A stretch of DNA of 64,000 bases from Oligoflexia bacterium (lineage in GTDB: Bacteria; Bdellovibrionota_B; Oligoflexia; Oligoflexales; JAGOVF01): assembly GCA_030432875.1 (NCBI GenBank), contig JAUILP010000004.1, positions 4,548-68,547 of the forward strand, written 5' to 3'. Below are positions 57,920 to 64,000 of this stretch, piece after piece. Every line of letters begins with the position of its first letter. Position 1 is the first letter of the stretch. The translations under genes and the position numbers were made by a program. The notes beneath the pieces were generated by a model. That model was not told where the DNA came from. It was given only the letters and a program-made list of their open reading frames with translations, and did no database searches.

Positions 57920-59119
57920 ATGTGGCTTCCCATTGATGTTATGACCTTCGGGCTGGTGACCGCAAATCTCATTTTTCTCATGATCGGTGTTGGGTTTGGT
58001 ATATCGCTAGAGCTTGCTGGCTTTGGGGATTCGCGCCGCCTTGCCGCACAGTTTTATTTTAAAGATATGACCGTCCTTAAGACAATGTTTACAGCAATTG
58101 TCGTAGCATGCCTGTTGCTTTTTCTTTCTGCAGCGCTGGGGCTCCTGGATTTTTCAGAAATTGCTGTTAATCAAACTTATCTTTGGCCTGGTATCGTTGG
58201 GGGTTTGATTATGGGGGTTGGGTTTGTGATCGGGGGATACTGCCCAGGCACCTCAGTTATTTCGGCATCAAGCTTAAAAATTGATGGTATGGTGTTTTTT
58301 TTAGGCACAGCAATTGGGGCTGGGGTATTTGGGGAATCTGTTTCAAGTTTTTCCGGCTTTTGGAATTCATCCTATTCAGAAAGACTTCTTCTCTCAGATT
58401 GGCTCCAGTGGTCTATTGGTGCTACCGTGTTTGGCGTAACCGTCCTCGCTCTAGCCATGTTTTATGCTGCAGAAAAAACTGAGGAATACGTACGTAAAAG
58501 AGGAACAGGTACGCCCGTATCATGGAAAATTAAAAACAAAAAATATCATTTAGGGGCAGCAGCACTTCTCGGTACGGCTTTTGCTATTTGGACCATTGGG
58601 CAACCAGATGTTGCGCGCCGCTGGGAGCTTCTCAAAAACCGCTATGAACCATTGCTCACATCCCGTGACGTATATATTCACCCTCTTGAATATATCAAAA
58701 CCTGGAATGATTCTGCGATAAAGTTAATAACGATAGACCTCAGATCAAAAGAAGAGTTTGAAAAATTTCATATTTTTGATGCTCAGTATGCTCAGGTTGA
58801 TGAACTGAAAACCAGTGAATTTACAGCCCCACTACTGCAGCTATCAGGAAACGGGGTTGTGGTTTTGATTTCTGAAAGCGAACAAAGTGCTGAGCAAGGT
58901 TGGAAGTGGCTTAAAGCTCAAGGGGTAAAAAATCTCTATATATTGGATGGTGGGCTTAAAGATTGGCCTCTCCTCTTTTCGTCATTAAAAGTGGCTCCTC
59001 ATGAGTCACTGGATCTTGCAAAACCACCTCTAAAAATCTTGGATAAATTTCCTAAGGATACCTTCACCCCCAAGATTAAACTTCAAACAACTAAAAGATC
59101 AGGGGGGCTTTGCGGGTGA
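57920..59119 (+). CDS. YeeE/YedE-family half-protein fused to a C-terminal rhodanese-like domain
   Basis: N-terminal polytopic part with GGYCPGTS. The C-terminal rhodanese pattern is ITIDLRSKEEFEKFHIFDA...VVVLISESEQSAEQGWKWLKAQGVKNLYILDGGLKDW. RBS GAGGAG. Confidence 0.8.
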   Translation: MWLPIDVMTFGLVTANLIFLMIGVGFGISLELAGFGDSRRLAAQFYFKDMTVLKTMFTAIVVACLLLFLSAALGLLDFSEIAVNQTYLWPGIVGGLIMGVGFVIGGYCPGTSVISASSLKIDGMVFFLGTAIGAGVFGESVSSFSGFWNSSYSERLLLSDWLQWSIGATVFGVTVLALAMFYAAEKTEEYVRKRGTGTPVSWKIKNKKYHLGAAALLGTAFAIWTIGQPDVARRWELLKNRYEPLLTSRDVYIHPLEYIKTWNDSAIKLITIDLRSKEEFEKFHIFDAQYAQVDELKTSEFTAPLLQLSGNGVVVLISESEQSAEQGWKWLKAQGVKNLYILDGGLKDWPLLFSSLKVAPHESLDLAKPPLKILDKFPKDTFTPKIKLQTTKRSGGLCG

Positions 59120-61017
59120 AGCATATCAAATACCATGTGAATCATTTGTTGCGGCTTAGTGTAGTCATGGGTGCAGGTTTGGCTCTCCCTATTTGCGCCG
59201 AACCCCTTAGCTCTCAGGCGTCTATGGATAATAATAAATGCTTTGAGTGTCATAAGGAAAAAATTCATAAAGTGGATTTTGAAGAATCTGTCCATAAAGG
59301 CATTTTTTGCACCTCTTGTCATATAGAAACCACCCACAAAGAATCACCGGAAAAGAAAAGCGAATGCATTGCTTCTTTCTTAGAACCCGAATGTTCTAGC
59401 TGTCATGCAGAGCAGTCTAAGGAGTATGAATCGAGTGTCCATAACTCTCAGCGACTGCCGATCCCTTGTGCCCAGTGTCACCAGGATATTCATACTATAA
59501 AGACGAAAAAAGATTCTAAAATTGCGAGTGCGGAACAGTGTGCCACTTGTCATAGCCGTTCATCTGCATATTTTGAGTCAGCGCATTTTAGGGCATTGAA
59601 AGAAGATAAAAATGATGCTGCAACATGTACTGATTGCCACGGTGTGCATTCCATCAGCAAACTTAACGATCGTGCCACGAGAACTCTCTTTCATACTGAG
59701 GCTTGTATAAAATGTCACGCTGATGAGCCTCTCATGGAAAAAAATAAGCAGACTCCCATAGCTGCTAAAACATATTTTGATAGCTACCACGGAAAAAATG
59801 TTCGCCTGGGATATCCTGAAAAAGTAGCGGGATGCTCTGACTGTCATTCAGCACATGCCATACTTGAGGCGAAAGATCCTAACTCTACTATTCATGCTCA
59901 AAATTTGACGAAAACCTGTACCCAGTGTCATAAAGATGCGAGTGAATCATTCACCAAATTCATCGCACATGCTGATCACAGTGACGCTAAATCAAGTCCC
60001 GCTTTATACTGGACCTTTGTTTTTATGACGAGTCTACTGGTGGGTACCTTTATCTTTTTTTGGCTCCATACCGTGCTTTGGGCTATGCGGGCATTTATTG
60101 AGAAGCATGACCAAGCGCGCGCTCTCTCTTTTCCTGATATCAAGTCCTATAGCCGCTTTCTTAAGAAAAACCATGAAGTTCACGACGCTAAAAAGCTTTA
60201 TCACAGGTTTAGGCCCATACATATTGTGCTTCACGTTGCCGTTGTCTCAAGCTTTCTTGCTCTGGCCCTTACGGGACTGCCGCTGAAATTTAGCGGTACA
60301 GGTTGGGGGCAAAAATTAATGACCTTACTGGGAGGACCCGTTAATGCGGGCCTAATTCACCGCATTGGTGGCGTTGTTACCATCGGTTATTTTATTGTCG
60401 CATTGATCATGGGTATACATTTTCTATTTTTTGATAAGCGACAAAAAGGCACGTTTAGAGAAAAGTTTTTCGGACCTGATTCGCTGTGCCCCAATAGGCG
60501 TGACTTACGCGATTTGAAGGCTATGTTCAAATGGTTTTTCTTCCGCGGTCCTAAACCCGTACATGAACGCTGGACGTACTGGGAAAAATTTGATTTTCTA
60601 GCCGTTTTTTGGGGCGTCGCGGTGATTGGCTCCAGTGGTCTGATGCTTTGGTTTCCAAGTTTTTTTAGTCTATTTTTACCTGGTTGGATGTTTAACCTTG
60701 CCACCATTATTCATTCTGATGAGGCCTTACTTGCTACGGGTTTTATTTTTACCGTTCATTTTTTCAATACGCAGTTTCGACCCGATAAGTTCCCATTTGA
60801 TTTTGTTGTTTTTCATGGCCACATTTCCAAAGAAGAGTTACTGACCGAGCGTACTGATCAGTGGGAGCGTTATCAAAAAGATGGCGTTATAGAAGATTTT
60901 GAGGTGAAAAAACCTACGCCTTTGCTGTGGGCAGTGACGTACCGGATATTTGCGGTAACCGCTTTGGCTTTGGGGCTTATTCTAGCCGCTTTGATCGTTT
61001 ATTCACTTGTTACTTAA
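59116..61017 (+). CDS. nine-haem c-type cytochrome fused to a membrane b-type cytochrome domain (CbcL-like quinol oxidoreductase candidate)
   Basis: Signal peptide. Nine CxxCH sites: CFECH, CTSCH, CSSCH, CAQCH, CATCH, CTDCH, CIKCH, CSDCH, CTQCH. These are followed by several TM helices with conserved His. GTG 59116 overlaps the upstream TGA (GTGA); the alternative start is TTG 59110. Confidence 0.8.
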   Translation: MKHIKYHVNHLLRLSVVMGAGLALPICAEPLSSQASMDNNKCFECHKEKIHKVDFEESVHKGIFCTSCHIETTHKESPEKKSECIASFLEPECSSCHAEQSKEYESSVHNSQRLPIPCAQCHQDIHTIKTKKDSKIASAEQCATCHSRSSAYFESAHFRALKEDKNDAATCTDCHGVHSISKLNDRATRTLFHTEACIKCHADEPLMEKNKQTPIAAKTYFDSYHGKNVRLGYPEKVAGCSDCHSAHAILEAKDPNSTIHAQNLTKTCTQCHKDASESFTKFIAHADHSDAKSSPALYWTFVFMTSLLVGTFIFFWLHTVLWAMRAFIEKHDQARALSFPDIKSYSRFLKKNHEVHDAKKLYHRFRPIHIVLHVAVVSSFLALALTGLPLKFSGTGWGQKLMTLLGGPVNAGLIHRIGGVVTIGYFIVALIMGIHFLFFDKRQKGTFREKFFGPDSLCPNRRDLRDLKAMFKWFFFRGPKPVHERWTYWEKFDFLAVFWGVAVIGSSGLMLWFPSFFSLFLPGWMFNLATIIHSDEALLATGFIFTVHFFNTQFRPDKFPFDFVVFHGHISKEELLTERTDQWERYQKDGVIEDFEVKKPTPLLWAVTYRIFAVTALALGLILAALIVYSLVT

Positions 61018-61044
61018 GGGGTTCTTTTAGTATAAGGAAAAAAA

Positions 61045-62043
61045 TTAATCTGCCCCAAAAGGCCCAGGAGTAACGGCAAAGGCTTTGATATCTTCAGCCG
61101 CAAATATAGCTGCAAGCAGTCGGTCAAGGCCTAGGGCGTTGCCGCAGCATGGTGGTAAACCATCTTCACGTAGTGCCGAGAAAAACATATCATCGAGCGG
61201 GACGGCTTCTAATCCTAAATCTGTTCTTTTTTCGTTAAGAATTTTAAAACGCTGTAAATTCTTTTTATAATCGGTGAGCTCCTCATAGCCATTGCACAGC
61301 TCCTGTCCTCTAAAGTATATTTCAAAGCGTTTAGCCACCCCGCCTTTTACCGTGGCAAGGGCACTATGGGCAGGGAGGAAATCATGCAGAACCACTAATT
61401 CAAGTTCTTTAAAAGCTGGTTCGATAATATCTAAAAGGATTTTAAAATAGGTCGTATCAAAATCATCATCTGTCTTAATAGATGGGTATTTGAGGTCTAG
61501 TGCCTGTGCGTTAAGAGAACGTTCCTGAGAGGTCAAGTCAATATGAGCAAATTCTTGAAACGCCTCCTGCACAGTAAAAAAATGCGGTGTGGCAATCAAA
61601 GAGGGTATCCCATAATGCTTGGAAAAGACACGGTGTACTGAGGCTATGAGGTCAAGTGTGAGGGTAATAAATGATAAAAAATCAATATCCTTGTGATACC
61701 ATTCGAGCATGGTGAATTCTGGATGATGGCGGTTAGAATATTCGCCGCCACTGCGAAAACATTTGCCCATCTGAAAAATGCGCGAGCATCCTTGGGTCAT
61801 CAACCACTTCATTTCTAGCTCTGGACTTGCTCTGAGAAAAAACTTTTTAGCCGTTAAATCTGCTTTAGTCCACGTGCAATCAAAATACCGCTGATAAGGC
61901 TCAGCGCCGGGCGTGGTGACAATAGTCGGTGTTTCTACCTCTAGGTAAGACCTCTCTAAAAAAAATGTTCTTAAGGTACTTTTGACCAGGCTCCAAATTT
62001 GGAGTCTTTCGAGAGCATTAAATTTGGCAGCTTTATCATTCAC
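61045..62043 (-). CDS. epmA: EF-P (R)-beta-lysine ligase (PoxA/GenX, class II LysRS paralogue)
   Basis: 332 aa. Class II motifs YLEVETP, CFRSGGEYSNRHHPEFTMLEWY, RFEIYFRGQELCNGYEEL and GNALGLDRLL, collinear with E. coli EpmA. The GTG start overlaps the upstream gene's stop by 8 nt. Confidence 0.85.
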   Translation of the reverse strand: MNDKAAKFNALERLQIWSLVKSTLRTFFLERSYLEVETPTIVTTPGAEPYQRYFDCTWTKADLTAKKFFLRASPELEMKWLMTQGCSRIFQMGKCFRSGGEYSNRHHPEFTMLEWYHKDIDFLSFITLTLDLIASVHRVFSKHYGIPSLIATPHFFTVQEAFQEFAHIDLTSQERSLNAQALDLKYPSIKTDDDFDTTYFKILLDIIEPAFKELELVVLHDFLPAHSALATVKGGVAKRFEIYFRGQELCNGYEELTDYKKNLQRFKILNEKRTDLGLEAVPLDDMFFSALREDGLPPCCGNALGLDRLLAAIFAAEDIKAFAVTPGPFGAD

Positions 62044-64000
62044 CTTCGCCCTCGTCCTTGTTTTTACGGGGGTGGGCTCTTTCGCGTGCCTGCGCTAGTT
62101 TCTTTTCAATATGGTCTAAGGCTGAACCTTTTAAAAATGATGTCGCGTTGATATCTGTCGCGCCAAAGCGAATACCCGTGAGTATTTCAAAGGCTTCAAA
62201 GAAATGTTTTACCGGATAAATTTTGAGGTAGCCGGTCCGGACAGCTTCGCGAACCTCCCGTCTTAGCATGAGATTGGGCTGATTTTGCCAAGGAATGATA
62301 ACCCCGTAGTCTCGCCCCCTTCCTATCATTTGACAGGATTTTAAAAAACCTTCAATTTTTTCATTTAAACCACCCACGGGCTGAATATCCCCAAGCTGAT
62401 TTAGTGAGCCGGTGATCGCAATATTTTGTTTAATAGGAAAATCTCCTAGGGCGCTGAGAATTACGGCCAGCTCCGGAGATGTGGCACTATCACCATCGAT
62501 CATGCCGTAAGACTGCTCGAAACAAAGGCTTGCCGAAAAATTAAGTGCGTGTTTTTTGGCTAGAAGGCCATTGAGATATCCCGTGAGGATTAAGACCCCT
62601 TTGTCATGGATTCTGCCGCTGAGTTTAACGGCTCTTTCAACATTTACTACCCCACGAGAATTCATAGCAACGGTGCAGGTAATCCGGCCAACCCTACCAA
62701 AAGAATGATCACCATAAGAAATTACGGTTAGACCATTGACTTGTCCAATGCGAGAACCATCAACGGTGAGTAAATAATCACCATGCTTTACCGAGTCATT
62801 AAGGAGTTCCTCATAGAGATCCGCACGAAAGACTTTTTGATCTATCGCTTTTTCAACATGCTTGCTACTAATGCTCGTTGATTTTTCCTGCCGGGCGATA
62901 TAATCGGCTTCGACAATAAGGTCTTTTAATGAGCCAAATTGGGTGGACAGGTACCTTTGATCTTCGACAAGTCGCGATCCAAATTCGATAACTTCGGAAA
63001 CGCCGCTTTTATTTATGGGTAGTAAGCTTTCTTTGCGGGCTCGGCTGACGATAAAATAGGCATAATCATTTAAATTGGTCGTACTGCGAGGCATTCGGTA
63101 ATTGAAGTCGCCTTTTATTTTGAAGATTTTACGAAAATCCTCATCGCCATCATAAAGAATCTGATACACGTCTTCACTACCAATAATGATAACTTTTATG
63201 TCCAAGGGAATGGGTTCAGGTCTTAAGCCTGATGTCGGCAGCATCGAAAATTGTTCGCCTATATCTTCGATAAAACCCAAGCGATTTTTGAGAATGCGTT
63301 TTAAAAATTCCCAAATTGAATCGGAACCGCTGCGAAAAATATCAGGGGCGTTAAGAACCAAATAGCCGCCATTTGCCCTATGCACGGCTCCAGGTTTGAG
63401 CATTGTAAAGTCAGTGCGGTACATACCAAATTCAACATTTTTCTCAATTTTGCCAAACAGATTATAATAGGTTGGGTTCGTTTCAATTATCACAGGAGAA
63501 TTTTTTTGGGCAGTATTATCGACAAACACATTGATGGCATATTCTGTAAAACGTTCTTTATATTCTGTTGCGCGAACCTGTGCTTGGGGTTCCTCTGACG
63601 TTGGTTCATCTTCCTCATCCCAATCGATAAAGTTGAGTAAGTTCTCTACCATATGTTCTTTAACACTGAGCAAATATTTAAGAACACCGCTATTGGGTTT
63701 GAATCGTTCTTTTATAGGACTAAGACGATCAGAGATGATTTCACTGCCAATTCTGCGCCTTAGAGACTCAATATTTTCGTTACCTTCTTGTTCTATATGA
63801 CGTATTTTTCGCGCAAACTCCAAAATTGAAGGTTCGAGTTGAGTGCGGCGTTTTTCGATACGGCTTCTCTGGGTTAAGCTGAGTCGCGCATATTCCTTTT
63901 CTGTGATTTGTCTTCCCTGTAAAACAGGAATCGTTTCAATTCCCATGCGTGATGATTTTAGGGCGAAGCCCATATGATGGGCGGTTTTTTCAAGCTCATG
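62036..64000 (-). CDS. Lon-related ATP-dependent protease (COG1067/LonC-YcbZ-like), N-terminus outside window
   Basis: The reading frame stays open to the window edge (no stop upstream of the ATG at 63973). The C-terminal Lon protease domain has Ser (IDGDSATSPE) and Lys (VGGLNEKIEGF). The upstream AAA+-like region is truncated by the window. Confidence 0.8.
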   Translation of the reverse strand, partial: HELEKTAHHMGFALKSSRMGIETIPVLQGRQITEKEYARLSLTQRSRIEKRRTQLEPSILEFARKIRHIEQEGNENIESLRRRIGSEIISDRLSPIKERFKPNSGVLKYLLSVKEHMVENLLNFIDWDEEDEPTSEEPQAQVRATEYKERFTEYAINVFVDNTAQKNSPVIIETNPTYYNLFGKIEKNVEFGMYRTDFTMLKPGAVHRANGGYLVLNAPDIFRSGSDSIWEFLKRILKNRLGFIEDIGEQFSMLPTSGLRPEPIPLDIKVIIIGSEDVYQILYDGDEDFRKIFKIKGDFNYRMPRSTTNLNDYAYFIVSRARKESLLPINKSGVSEVIEFGSRLVEDQRYLSTQFGSLKDLIVEADYIARQEKSTSISSKHVEKAIDQKVFRADLYEELLNDSVKHGDYLLTVDGSRIGQVNGLTVISYGDHSFGRVGRITCTVAMNSRGVVNVERAVKLSGRIHDKGVLILTGYLNGLLAKKHALNFSASLCFEQSYGMIDGDSATSPELAVILSALGDFPIKQNIAITGSLNQLGDIQPVGGLNEKIEGFLKSCQMIGRGRDYGVIIPWQNQPNLMLRREVREAVRTGYLKIYPVKHFFEAFEILTGIRFGATDINATSFLKGSALDHIEKKLAQARERAHPRKNKDEGEGE

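Overview
This is an AT-rich chromosomal window (roughly 40% GC by eye, not computed) from a Gram-negative aerobic bacterium. Supporting evidence is lpxD, a caa3-type haem-copper oxidase operon, and many lipobox lipoproteins. The taxon cannot be determined from the sequence; the abundance of exported hydrolases and lipoproteins is reminiscent of Bdellovibrionota/Oligoflexia-type organisms, but that is speculation.

Housekeeping backbone:
- tmk-holB-PSP1/ricT
- clpP-clpX-lon
- lpxD, topA
- SCO1-ctaC-ctaD-ctaE-ctaF
- tRNA-Asp(GTC)
- epmA overlapping a Lon-related protease that runs off the right edge

Accessory content:
1. The most striking structure is a four-gene exported cassette, A-B-C-D, present twice in tandem (25441-32352 and 34285-41150). 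The two copies flank an oppositely oriented vWA lipoprotein gene.
   - A is an unrecognised alpha/beta domain plus a Cys-rich tail.
   - B is NodB/CE4-like, with the catalytic and metal residues replaced.
   - C has three SH3b-like modules plus an M23-like domain.
   - D is a 3D/MltA-like domain plus SH3b.
   - I read this as a candidate undescribed cell-wall-targeting system.
2. An operon is headed by a two-Cys ArsR-family (BigR/SqrR-like) regulator with a perfect AT-rich operator. It encodes an octahaem cytochrome c, a split YeeE/YedE pair (one half fused to a Cys-less rhodanese) and a CbcL-like nine-haem c / b-type fusion.
3. Other items: a lipoprotein gene whose signal peptide is cut off by an in-frame TAA, a four-fold zinc-finger-like repeat protein, a PKD/FN3/seven-FG-GAP lipoprotein, an S1 protease, a 960-aa HEAT-like repeat lipoprotein, a Hanks-type kinase and an orphan histidine kinase.

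I saw no CRISPR array, rRNA, transposase or integrase. All family assignments come from motif recognition by eye, and no searches were run.
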